DNA of 64,000 nucleotides, taken from contig RHPI01000810.1 of NCBI GenBank assembly GCA_009103225.1, positions 496,001 through 560,000 on the forward strand. The letters run 5' to 3'. Positions 47,984 to 59,545 of this stretch are shown here, piece by piece. Source of the stretch: Chlorokybus atmophyticus. Taxonomy: Eukaryota > Plantae > Mesostigma and Chlorokybus algae. Position 1 is the first letter of the stretch; each line of letters opens with the position of its first letter. The notes under the pieces are model-generated. The model worked only from the letters and a program-made list of their open reading frames with translations, was not told where the DNA came from and made no database searches. A program made the position numbers and the translations under genes.

Positions 47984-49335
47984 ATGTCTCACCAAGGAGA
48001 GGAAGGAGAGATGTATCCCGTACGTGAGGATTCATCCTATGAGCCATCAAGTGATGAGGAAGTGAAGCACTCACAAACGAGTGATGATTACAGTGTCAGT
48101 GAGGAGGAAGAAGCCAAATCCAAGAGTTGTGAAGCTTCTTCAAAGAAGTCCTCTCATGATGACCAACATATAGACGCTCAGAGCATCATCGGGGCGGCCA
48201 TAGCGAAGTACGCATCAGAGCGTGAAACTCTTCTTGCTGCACACCCCTAGCTTCGCAAGGAAGTGTGAGATGAGTGTATACGAGACGGACTTCGCGGCAC
48301 TCCTAGGCGAAAGCAGGGAGGTGGTGATTCGCATGATCGAGCACGAGTTGACGCGTAATGTACCGCAACTCATGCGCACAGATCCGACATTGGCCACTCT
48401 TATGGCTACTTATGACAAACCAGGCCCATATCCAGGCCAGAGGATGGCGTTCGAGGCTCTCACCTTATTGATGGTGGAAACTCAGAAGCGTTGCAAGGAC
48501 CTCTTCTGGTACTTGGGGCCTGAGATGGAGGAGAAGTTAGCTCGAGAAGAGCGGTTGACTGCACGCCTCGATGCTATGCAGTCCGAGTTGGTGGCGTTAC
48601 GCCAGCAGGTGGCAGGGGCTACTACTACTGTAGCAGGGACATCAATTGGCCTACCCGTCACAGCGCTGAACAAGCCCGAGAAGTTCAAGCCCAATGGGGC
48701 TGTAAACATTCATGAGTGGGTGGTGAATATAAAGCGCTACTTGGCTGCACTTCAGCGACCAGTTAGTGAGCATACATCTGTTGTTGAGTTCCTCTTGCCA
48801 CCTGACGCTTTGGCCAAGTGGGCACATCAAACAAAGGATGGGTGCTTCCAAGACTGTGGAGGCATTGTTTCGATTCTTGGTAGAGCGCTATGGTGGCATG
48901 GACCCAACTACTAATGCCCGCAACGAGCTTACCAATCACGCCCATGGACAAGGCTGAGCAGTTTGACCTGTACAAGCGCGGCTTGGATGCGCGCTTGCGC
49001 GACCAGTTGCATTAATCAACACGTCGACGGGGCAACCGTGGGTTCTCGCGGATCTCGCAACCTTGCAGAGGTTGAGTGTGTATGTGTTCAACGGCGATGC
49101 TGCGGCTGTGCAGGACAAGTCATAGGTGGTGGCTTCAATCAAGCCACATGGGGGAGCGGGGAAGCGGTTCCCTCCACCAAGTGCGCATGCGGCGAAAAAG
49201 GCAAAAACCTCATACGCACATGCGAGTTGTGCTACACCTATTGCAGCACGCGCCTGCTACGTGTGCCATCAGCCAGGTGACATTGCGAAGAACTGCCCAA
49301 CCAAGGGAAAGGGCAAGGACAAGAAGGTTGAATAG
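47984..49335 (+). pseudogene. Gypsy gag remnant with long N-terminal extension and degenerate zinc knuckle
   Basis: Acidic N-terminus (MSHQGEEG..), a frameshift near 48240, a coiled coil, NKPEKF..IHEWV..YL (capsid N-terminal motif) and CYVCHQPGDIAKNCP (CCHC with H>D). Confidence 0.8.
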
Positions 49336-49759
49336 GATTACGTCGTGCCTGATGTACCTTCATCTGGTGGCCAGTTGCTAGTGTTACATACAGCAAACTA
49401 GTTGGATGAATTGTCTCGTGTTCATGTAATGACACATGCATGGCAAGCACGTAATAAGCTGCCACTTTTTGATAGTGAAAAAGTGGATGACCAGGCTTGT
49501 GTGCTAGTGCATGTAGAATATAACATGCTAACAGAAGTTTTGCGCATATTGTGTAAGTTATAAATTAAACACACGACACTGAGTGTGGTTGTCATGATGC
49601 CGATGTATCATGAACCGTGGCCAAAGCATACTCGGGGGGGAACTATGTTGTCTCACAAAGCATGAGACGGGGACTGCGGTTGTCAGCAACATCGATTAAC
49701 CCACGCATTAGTCACGGAATCTTGGCTACCTTTCAAGGGCGAGTAGTACCTTTATTATA

Positions 49760-52700
49760 AACCTTCACAGGCATGGCACAGGGTATTACTAGCTCGTTCT
49801 TAGTTGACACCGGGGCAACGCAAAACTTCGTCGAAGATAAATGGGTTATGCGCACTAAGATAGCGCGTAAACCCTCAGCCTTCTCAGCTGCTGGTGCTGG
49901 GAGTGCCTTATCAGTAAAAGGTGAAGTCAAGTTGAAAGTTATGATTGGTAGTTATCAAGCCAACTTAACTTTCATCGTAGTACCCATTGACATAGTTGGT
50001 GTTGATATGGTATTTGGCTAAGAATGGCAGAATCAAGTGTCTATGACATTAGATACTGCTGCACGGCTGTGTACAGTAAAGAAGGGGCGTAAGCGCATCA
50101 CTTTATCCGTGCAGGGGTCGCGTAGCTTGGAATACAAGCAAAAGGGACCCTGCATTACTTACGGCGCTCCATATGAAGCGTGCGTTACGTAAACACACAC
50201 CTGCTTTTTTAATGCACTTGACGTGTAGTGATGATGTAGTGCCTGGCAATACAGAAGGTGTGGCGGACATCATTGAGAAGTTTTAAGATGTAATCTCAAA
50301 TGAGTTGCCGTGCTTGCCCCCTGATCGAGCTGTCGGACACACAATACCTTTAATTCCTGATAGTGAGCCTCCATTTCGGCCTATATATAGGTTGAGCCCT
50401 CGTGAGAAGGGGGAAATGGAAACACAGATTAAAGAGTTATTGGAAAAGGGATTGATTGAACCAAGTTCTTCACCCTTTTACGCACCCATATTATTTGTTA
50501 TGAAAAAGAATGGGAAGTTGCGCATGTGTGTGGATTACCGTGCTTCAAAGAAGATCACGGTAAAGAACAGATACCCGTTGCCAAGGATTGATGATGTGTT
50601 TAACAAGTTGTCAGGGAATGCGTACTTTAGTACGCTAGACTTGACAAGCGGCTATCATCAAATCCGGATTCATCATTTGGATGTCTATAAGACAGCATTC
50701 AGGACACCTACGGGTCGTTATCAATATAAAGTGTTACATTTTCGATTGACCAATGCACCAGCTGTGTTTCAGAAGGAAATGAATTTTATTTTCGGTAATA
50801 TGCTTGGTCAACATGTCATGATATACTTGGATGACATCATTGTCTTCAGTAAAACAAAGGAAGAACATATGCAACACTTGGAAGCGGTGTTTGCAAGATT
50901 GCGCAAGCATCGTTTGTTGGCAAATCTCACAAAGTGTGATTTTTGCAAAACGGAGTTGCCCTTTCTTGGTCACATTGTGAGTGGTGCGGGTATCAAACCT
51001 GACCCTCGCAAAGTGCAGATTGTGAAAGAGTGGCCCCAACCTCAAAATATTCATCAATTAAGGTCGTTTCTAGGGTTGGCAAACTACTTTCGCAAGTTCA
51101 TGATGGGGTACTCGACAGTTGTCATGCCTTTGACCAAACTGTTGCGTAAAGATGCCCCGTTCACTTGGACAACAGCACAAGAAGCTGCTATGCAAAAGAT
51201 GAAGTTGGCTTTAACATCGGCGCCGGTGTTGGCACTGCAAAATTGGGACAAACACTTCACAGTGGTTTGTGACGCATCAACACTTGGTTGTGGTGCGGTA
51301 CTATTGCAAGATGGTAGACCTTGTGCTTATGAGAGTAGGAAGTTCATTTCTGCAGAGGTCAACTACACTACGTCAGAGTAAGAACTATTAGGTATAGTCA
51401 TGCTCTTGAATTATGGAGTTGTTACTTGGAGGTTGTTCAGTTCACTGTTGTGACTGATCACCACCCGTTGGTGTATTTCTCAACACAGCAAAACTTGTCG
51501 AGACGGCAAGCGCGCTGGAATGAGTTTTTGTCCAGGTTCACCTTTGATTGGGTGTATCGGCTGGGCAGAACCAATGTGGCTGACCCTTTCAGTCGCTGCC
51601 CGTAATTACTGGCGGTGATGCGCGCGCAATTACTCGCGACACGCAGCACATTGTCTCCCGATAATGAGTTTGTGCAAACTGTTGTATACGGGTACACTTT
51701 AGACTTGTGGTTTTCTAATGCAGACAACTTATAAAAGTTTGACAAACGTGACAATCTGCATTACATGAGCAACTGTTTGGCGATCCCTGATTATGCTGAA
51801 CTGCGTGTAAAATGCATAGCGGATGTACACGATCCACCTTACGCTGGGCACTTTGGTAGTCGCAAAACCACCAAGGCAGCGCGACAGTTGTATTGGTGGC
51901 CATCATTGCCTGCTGATGTGAAGCGGTATGTGGACACGTGTGACAAATGTCAACGTGACAAACCGTTACGTCGAAAGCCCGCTGGGCTACTGCGGCCGTT
52001 ACCAATTCCTGACAGTAAGTGGAAAAGTGTGAGTATGGACCTTATTACTGAGCTCCCTGAACAGCGTTGGGTCATACTGCGGTTGCAGTGTTTGTGGATC
52101 GTTGACCAAAATTGTTCACATTGTTCCTTGCCGTACGGGGATAAGCTCCCGTGACCTAGCGATGGTTTTTGTCGCATCAGTGTTCAAGTTGCATGGCTTG
52201 CCTCGCAACATTGTCTCTGATCGTGACCCGAGGTTTGTGGCTCAGTTCTGGAAGTCGCTATGCAACTTCCTGCAGATACAGCAGCACATGAGTACCGCTT
52301 ATCATCCGCAGACTGATGGTCAGACTGAACGCGCCAATCAAGTGATGGAGGAAACCATTCGGCATTATGTGAGTCCGAATCAGTCTGATTGGGATATTTA
52401 TCTTCCAATGGCTGAGTTCGCGATCAACAATGCATGGCAAGAGAGCGTGCAGGAAACTTCGTTTTTTCTTAAATCACGGAGTGCACCCACAAGTCCTGCG
52501 AGTATTAAGTTGCCAGCTAACGACTTGACTCGCGTGCCTGCAGCGCGCGACATGGCTGCGGCCATGCAAGACAGGTTAGCATTGGCAAATCGCCCTCTGT
52601 TTGTCTTGCGCCGCGCGCAGACAGCTAAAAAACTGTCTGCGCGCAGCGCAAGACAAACAGAATGCCCAAGATGATAAGCATCGTAGGCAGGCCGATTATG

Positions 52701-53295
52701 ATGGGGGCAATTCGGTGCTTTTGAGCATCAAAAACATATCCATCAAGGGAGTGAGTACCCGAAAGTTTCTCCCTCACTGGATAGGCCCCTTCAAAGTGGT
52801 TGATCGGGTCGGCATCCACGCGTATCGTTTGGACTTACCACATTCCATACGTATACATAATGTGTTTCATGTCAGTGTACTGAAACCGTACCGTTCCGAC
52901 GATCGGCTTTAACCTCCTCCACCCCCTGTCGCAGTGGATGGCGATAATACTTTCGAGTACGAGGTGGCAACAATCCTGAGTCACCGTAAGCCCCGACGCG
53001 GACACGCGCCGCCTTACTTGGTGAAATGGAAAGGGTATGGTGTTGAACAATAAGGGCGGGGAACCGCATAGCGGTAGCACTCCGTTACATTCCCTCCCAC
53101 TTAGGTTTCAATGTCCTCATTGAAGGGTTAACAAGGCCCCACCGTGAGCACTTAAAACCTGAGTGAGAAAAGAACCAGGGCCGAAGCGGTAAAGATGTCT
53201 GCCAGCACCCTTTTACCGTCCGCGTGCGGACACATCACTCCAGTACGCCCGAAAGGAATCTTACCAACTGCCAGGAGACTCTTCGGGCGTACTGA
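49760..53295 (+). pseudogene. Gypsy pol remnant: protease, RT, RNase H, integrase, chromodomain
   Basis: LVDTGATQNFV; RMCVDYR..KNRYPLPRIDD..LDLTSGYHQI..KTAFRTP..YLDDIIVFS..FLGHIVS..LRSFLGLANYFRKF; VVCDASTLGCGAVLLQ; HDPPYAGH..CDKC; IVSDRDPRF..STAYHPQTDGQTERAN..MAEFAINN; IGPFKVV..HNVFHVSVLKPY; YEVATILSHR..YLVKWKGY..PERNLTNCQETLRAY*. Confidence 0.93.
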
Positions 53296-53486
53296 AGTGA
53301 TGTGTCCGCATGCGGACGGTAAAAGGGTGCTGGCAGACATCTTTACCGCTTCGGCCCTTGTTCTTTTCTCACTTAGGTTTTAAGTGCTCACGGTGGGGCC
53401 TTCTTAACCCTTCAATGAGGATATTGAAACCTAAGTGGGGGGGAATGTAACGGAGTGCTACCGCTATGCGGTACCCCGCCCTTATT
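53049..53486. repeat. Long inverted repeat: 205-bp arms (53049-53253 and 53282-53486) with a 28-nt loop
   Basis: Manual alignment of the left arm with the reverse complement of the right arm shows no gaps and 8 mismatches in 205 bp. Confidence 0.97.
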
Positions 53487-53757
53487 TAATGAGAAATAAG
53501 GGTCCCAACGGGATAAACACAGCCATTAAAGTCGTATTATGGCCTTTATAGGTGTTATGTTATGTAGCATCAATATCGATTTGAGACAAAAGTCTCAAGT
53601 CGATATCGGCCGCATAGCAGCGCTGCTAACGCAGCGACCGCCATAGCCCGGGGAGCTTTCGATCCCCTGGCTGCCAGCAGCGGCGGCCGCGACGTGGCTG
53701 TGATTGGTGGTGTTGGGGTAGGATATTAAAGGGGGTGGTAGCACCCCCCTTCTTATA
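53446..53757 (+). repeat. Gypsy 3' LTR (312 bp; terminal CA mutated to TA)
   Basis: TGTAACGGAGTGCTACC...CCCCTTCTTATA, preceded by the polypurine tract. Confidence 0.92.
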
Positions 53758-53894
53758 ATCGATACCTCTGTGTTTCACGCTCAGCTTGTCGTAGTTGCTC
53801 AACTTGACGTGCCTAAAGTAGGGTAATCAATCCCACAGCAAAATTAAAATAACCACTCAACCAGCGATAGCACACTTGTCCATTGCAACGAATG

Positions 53895-53907
53895 TGGGCC
53901 CATAACC
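53895..53907 (-). promoter_or_regulatory. Copia primer-binding site GGTTATGGGCCCA (half-tRNA-iMet type)
   Basis: Immediately follows the CA end of the 5' LTR on the minus strand. Same sequence as the PBS of Drosophila copia, which primes from an internal (anticodon-arm) part of tRNA-iMet. Confidence 0.85.
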
Positions 53908-54177
53908 TGTTGACATCGTGAGTGCACTGCTACACCAACACTTGACTGAGCAGTGCATACATGCACATATACACACCGCCAGGTGCATAGACTCAACGTG
54001 ACCAAGTTATGAGTTAACTGTGGTCCTACATGTACAACTCGCAACGGCTACTAATATCATATGGGATATATCAAGCAAATTAAACTAATAAGTCCGGTAT
54101 CCATTGCCAACTCACCAGCAGATAATATCTAGTCTACAACAAGATGAATGACTGAACTAGGTAACTATATCACAACA
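53908..54177 (-). repeat. Copia 5' LTR (270 bp)
   Basis: TGTTGAC...TATATCACAACA on the + strand, followed by the TSD TATTG. Confidence 0.9.
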
Positions 54178-54722
54178 TATTGCACCGGCGTAACACTGAC
54201 TTGCTTGTAGCAAGTTGCCCCCCATCCCCCCCAACAGTACTCCCGAGTCCCAACTGACTTTAACCCTACTTCAGCACTATGGTGGTTCGACTGAAGACCA
54301 TGTTTGATGTCCATATAGCTGCAGTATAGTTGATAGTCGTCGTCTAGCTAATGAGAGGCAGGTGGGCCGCGCATACCGCGCAGCCCGGCAGTCGCGGTTG
54401 CCATATGTGATGGCCACTTGTGGCCCTTGGCCCTGGTGTGATGCGCGTATGATGTGTTTGTGCCCTAATGCCGGCCGTCCCGCAGGCTCAATCGCCCCGC
54501 CCAATCAGCCGCACAACTCGTTGTTTGGTAGTTGTACATTGCACAAAAGGGGTGTGCTACTGTGTCAGTTGGTTTGAGGTCACTGTGTCTATCCACTACA
54601 ATTGCTTATGCATATCAACATGTTTTTGCGGTGATGACAGCAATCCGGAGCAATCAATGCGTAAGCCTGAGTTGCAAGGTGCCTACATGAATTGGAATGA
54701 GTGCATTCCAGCATGTAACTAA

Positions 54723-57700
54723 CTACACAAATAATTGCTTGTACAAGCCCTCAGGTGTCTGCAGCGTAGTGCCCGCAACAATCAGTTGTGCGTCAGGATT
54801 GACTGCCGCCGCAGCTTCACGAGCTGCACATACTTCATATGCCGAGATGCCGCCGATGACAAACAACACGATGACTTTATGGTCACTGGGTTTGGGCTTT
54901 ACCTGCAGAAAAAAGATCAGGTCGGGCAGGTATGGCCATGATCAAAAGCAATACCAAATCTGCTATTGCCGATACCTGTGCAAGCCCAAAGCGGCCCAAG
55001 CCAGATTTTAAGAAGCCACCAATGGATGAAGGCGCATGCACAACATCCGTCAGGTCCGCTTGTCTGTGCAGCTTTGACCCCAGCTGGCGCAGCAACGGCA
55101 TCGGACCATACCCTGTTTCAAATTCTAGATTCAAGTACAATCCATATGTACCTGCACATCTTGAGCGCTTGCAACACAGCTACGCATAGCTGCTTGTCAA
55201 AAGCGAAGCATGTCTCTGCACCAGTAGCGTAGCATGCGTACCATCTGGCTGCATTGCGCTGAAGTCTCTCAAGCGGTCCCTCGAGGCTGTCAAAGCCCTG
55301 ATGCGCTGCACGCGTTGCTGCACGCGCTCTCGCAGCACTCTGCGGCCCTCAGACCCTTGAGGCAGGTTGGCGGCAAACGATGGAGCAGGGGACACATGCA
55401 GTATAGTGTCCACAATGGCGTCCTGCACACGCATGAATATTGAGGCCAATGGCTAGTAGTCGGTCAATATCAAGCAAAGGTGGTTAGGAGATTGAAGTTG
55501 GACGACACGTGAATACCCCTAAGTGCAAGCCCACTGAGTCTTGAATGGTTTATCACCTGCAAGTCGGCCTCCTCTTGCTCTATGTACAGTGCGTTTTCTG
55601 GTGAAGCGGGTCTCGGGTTCAGACCGTACCCAACTGCCAGTAACAGCAGCGCATCCTGCAGAGTGATTCCTGAAGTTGAATCATGAGACTGACGCAGAAG
55701 GTCGCCAAGTTGTAAAGAAAGGCTATGCTGCGGTGCACCTGAAGAGATCGCAGTGTTATCCTCAGAATCAGTACAACAGCAATGCTGACTAGTGAACTGA
55801 AGCTATACAAATGCAACACGTGCTAACACCCGCACCGGCTGTGACTTTTAGAAGTCTTTCAGCACGGGCAAGAGCATCACAGTGTTTCGTGAACTCGGGC
55901 TCCAGGGCTTCAGCAACAGCAGCTGCCACCTGGACAGGGCCGTGGTTGTGATTAGCGTGTAAATCAAGCCAGCTCATGTGCAGGTAATGTATCTGCTGAC
56001 CTGCACGAGAGCCGCATGCCGTGGGCCTGCTAGCAGCAAAGGCTTGATCATCTCCCGCAGCATCGCGGCCTTAATGTTTACTGGTGGTTTGGAGACTGCA
56101 ACGTCCTCATGACGCAGGGCTTCTGTCAACCACCTGGCCATGTCAACACAAGGGAGAACCGGCATGCTGAGCTGAAAACTCATTGCTGCATCGCTGATAA
56201 TGCTGATGATATGCAGCGCATGTCATTGGGCAGAAAACCAGCGCCTAGCTGCAGTTGACTACATGCCACAGGGCCATTCAACAAATACTGTTGTCATACA
56301 CCGGCTGCTTGCTCAAGGTGACATTACTAACGCAAGCACTGCTGGTTGCTGGTGTACCTGTGCACTAGCAGCGCTGCTTCTCTCAACTTTTTGTGTTCGA
56401 GCAGCGTGCGAAGCCACAATACACCTTGCTCATCAAGCGGCTGGTATAATGACCCGTACAGTTGGCACCTCTTGCCTCTGCAAGCAGCGCATGCAGTGAG
56501 TAAAAGGCAACTGCAACTTGCAAGCAATTGCTCATGTCTGCCAGCTAACTTACATAGATGTTTCTACTGCACTTATGTTTGATGTCTGCTCCCAGGGCAG
56601 CAATCTCCTCAATGGCACTCTTCCAATTGTCATAGACCAACCTTGCGGGTGGCTCAAGCCAAAAGCGTCACTGTGCGACAGGTTTACAATAATCAACCAA
56701 GGCAGCTATGAGACGAGCCCTGTGCATGCTGTTGCAAACTGAGAAGCCTGCCTTGCAGCACTTGAGATGCATTCGGGCATGCTTGTAGCATTGCTGTAGC
56801 ACTGCTACTACTGAAGCCAGGCCTGTGTGTTTAGGCACCTTGTAGAGCAGCTCAAGCTGGACAGCACTCTGTCCATAAGGAAGTCATTGTCGCACGCCGG
56901 TGTCACCTTTAGTACAACAATACATCAGGGCAAAACGCACGCAAGAAAAGCAGCAAGGAACTGATGCACACGTGACTGGAGCCAGCGCCCTCACCAAGTC
57001 TAGCGTTCTATCCACAAGCACGAAAGCGACTGATTGTTTCAGCCGGTTTAACCTTGTCTCCAACCTGATGTGCATGGTTAATGTTGTGAGACATGCCGAA
57101 AAGATTTGGCTCATATGATACAGCTAAATCACTTAGAAATCTGCCTGGAGTTGTAGCAACCAGCAGCCAGGTGTACACATACAATTTGCGACAACTTACG
57201 GCTGCGGCAAGGCAGCCATCGCTCTTGCCACTGCCCGAGAGGTGCGACCCAGAGCAAAGGCATCCAGCTTTCGATCCCACTGCGAGAGCCGACCAGAACA
57301 TGACACAGTGCCAACAGCTATATGTAAGACGTAGTGGCATCGTCATGACAAACAGAGTACAGGGGGAGGAGTGTGACAAGAAGCGTACCAATCGAGCTAT
57401 TCCCCACAAGGTGTGAGCCAAGATTGACAAGCCCTCTGGTAGTCCTTCATCTGTACCATCCAGTTCTGTGCCATCGTCGGGTTGCGGCAAGATGGAGCCT
57501 GCGGACTCATGTCCCTGTGGATCCCTGAGCAGTAGATGCTCCACTCAACCGTACATCCGCGTAGCAAACTGCGAGCTTCACCACATCAGGCTAGATGAAA
57601 CTGTAACTAACCTGCTACCATCATGCATGGCGGCAGCACTGCCAGCTGGCAGCACAAACGCGCTGCCGCCAAGCACACATGAGTAATGCAGCGGAAAGTA

Positions 57701-59545
57701 CTCGACTGCTATGTTGATGCCAGCGGATGCCACACCTGTATTCGCTGGACCTGCAAGTGCAAGGCGCAGCATGCAGTGCAGTCAGCCAAGCAAATGTAAG
57801 TCGAAGCAGGCATGAGAACAGATGCTGCAGTCATGCTCACCACGACCGCGCACATGGGGAGAGGAGGGATGATTTACGGGGAGATCAATGTCCAGGCCTT
57901 CCCAACCCTCTTGCTGCGCAACAGGCAGATCTACATCGAACCCTTCCCAACCATCCCTACGAGGACTAGCTGGCTTTGTTGAGTGCTGAATGGATCCTCC
58001 TGCTTGCTCAACCGGTAAGTCCACGTCCAAACCTTCCCACCCATCCCCGCTAGGGCTTGCTGGCCGAGACAACTGCAATAACCTCAATTAAAAACGGAGC
58101 ATAGCACAGGACTACCTAGGGATAAAAGCATTGAGTATGCAACCAACCTGTGGTGGAGTGACAGCGGCTGTCAGTGCACTTACTGACCCAGCCAACTCTG
58201 CGTGCAACAGAGAAACAAGCGCGCCGTAAGCATTGGTACCCAAGGGCGAATCTTCGTGTGCGTCCTGCTCAGCTACTCCATGTCAGAACATCCACAAGTG
58301 TTGAACATGCCAGCAGCATGCCACAACACACGCAATCGGCTCCAATTTGCAAACTCTATGACTCAACTGCTGGGCAAATCTGCTATGAACGCAACCCCCA
58401 CCTGTGGCAACGAGCAGAGTATGGTGCAGCTCCGCACCAACTGCCGATGAACCAGTAAGGCGCGCTTAATGTGGCGGTGCGCGTCCGACAAGAGTGTTGT
58501 GACAATCACAACTATCCGAACAGCACCCACTGCATCGTCAGGCCACCCAGCTGGACCCTGCAACGCAATCGCATAATTAAAGTGACGCATGAGAGCCAAC
58601 AAGCACCTTTGCGATAATCAGAAGTTGCCATGCGCACAGTTACAGTCTTACGCAGTGCTCACCGCATCTTCTTCCGAGGCATCCTGCAACCGGCACACGT
58701 TGACGGCACCAAGTTGTAGGAGACTGGGCAGGCCTGCCGCTGCAGCTATTGCATCCGCAGCACCATCGTCAAGATACACCAAAGCACCGGCCAAGTGAGA
58801 AGCCACCTGATTACCGAGGCTAAGTTTGCTTGATTGGCAGGACTCGATGCATACCAGTCCAATGTGACAGTAGTCAGTTGATGCCACCGTACAAGACTGT
58901 TGCAACAGTAGCGACTTAGTATAGGCACAACCAGTTGCAACTACTTGTATGACACCAGCATACGCAATTCAAGGCAAGCAACACTTCACAGTCCATGATG
59001 TCGTATTATACTGAAAATATAGTGTCAAGGAGCAAACACTATACTGTCATTACATATTGGCAGTATAGTGTTCCACTGAACGATGGCAAGTATAACTGTT
59101 GTTTCCACTAGCCACACACTGTTGCCATGAGGCAGGCAGATTCGCCGCTGTGAGTTGTGCATGCATGCTGAGCGGACAGCATGGGGCCTGCAAGCGTGCA
59201 ACTTGCCAGGCACACTTGTTACAACTTGTATTATATGATGTGGACGGGATGTCAATTGCGCAACAACCAAGAACTGCAGCTATCAATCTGAAGCCGATTT
59301 TACACATTGATGCTAAAGGCATGCATTGCGACGTGCCTGGACGTACACCGCTTAGGCAGACCTGCCAGTGGACTGGAATTCACCAGAGTTGATCAACTGT
59401 TTGAATGCAGGGAGAGCAAGCGTGTGGCGGTGACTGAAGGAATAGAACCCACCTGCTCCAAGGGACGCCTGGCCTGAACCAACAGGTCAATCCGCTCCTC
59501 CGGCGCCGCCCCGCCGACGGCACCGAAGGCCGCTACCGTCGCCAT
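54723..59545 (-). CDS. MIP3: Sec1-family domain protein MIP3 / SCFD2 (MAG2/Dsl1 ER-Golgi tethering complex); multi-exon
   Basis: IDLLVQ..LAGALVYLDDG..LLQLGAVNVCRL..RIVVIVTTLLSDAHRHI..DSPLGTNAY..VEYFPL..AFVLP..VLVDRTLDL..RWLTEALRHE..TLQDALLLLAVGY..IGGFLKSGLGRFGLAQVKPKPSDHKVIVLFVIGGIS..LIVAGTTLQTPE..*. Colinear with plant MIP3. Confidence 0.9.

Larger units (their letters stand above)
46829..53757 (+). mobile_element. Decayed Ty3/gypsy chromovirus inserted in the N-terminal gag of the copia element
   Basis: LTRs at 46829-47147 and 53446-53757; degenerate tRNA-iMet PBS TGATATCGGAGC at 47150-47161; PPT AAGTGGGGGGGAA before 53446; gag-PR-RT-RH-INT-chromodomain order. Removing it restores copia gag ..GIDNYTYW. 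Only an ATC trinucleotide is shared by the flanks, so no perfect 5-bp TSD. Confidence 0.93.
42669..54177 (-). mobile_element. Decayed Ty1/copia LTR retrotransposon (Osser/copia-like primer site), interrupted by a nested gypsy element
   Basis: TG..CA LTRs at 53908-54177 (5') and 42669-42936 (3'). Perfect 5-bp TSD TATTG at 42664-42668 and 54178-54182. PBS GGTTATGGGCCCA, PPT GTGGGAG, and domain order gag-PR-INT-RT-RH on the minus strand. Confidence 0.93.
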
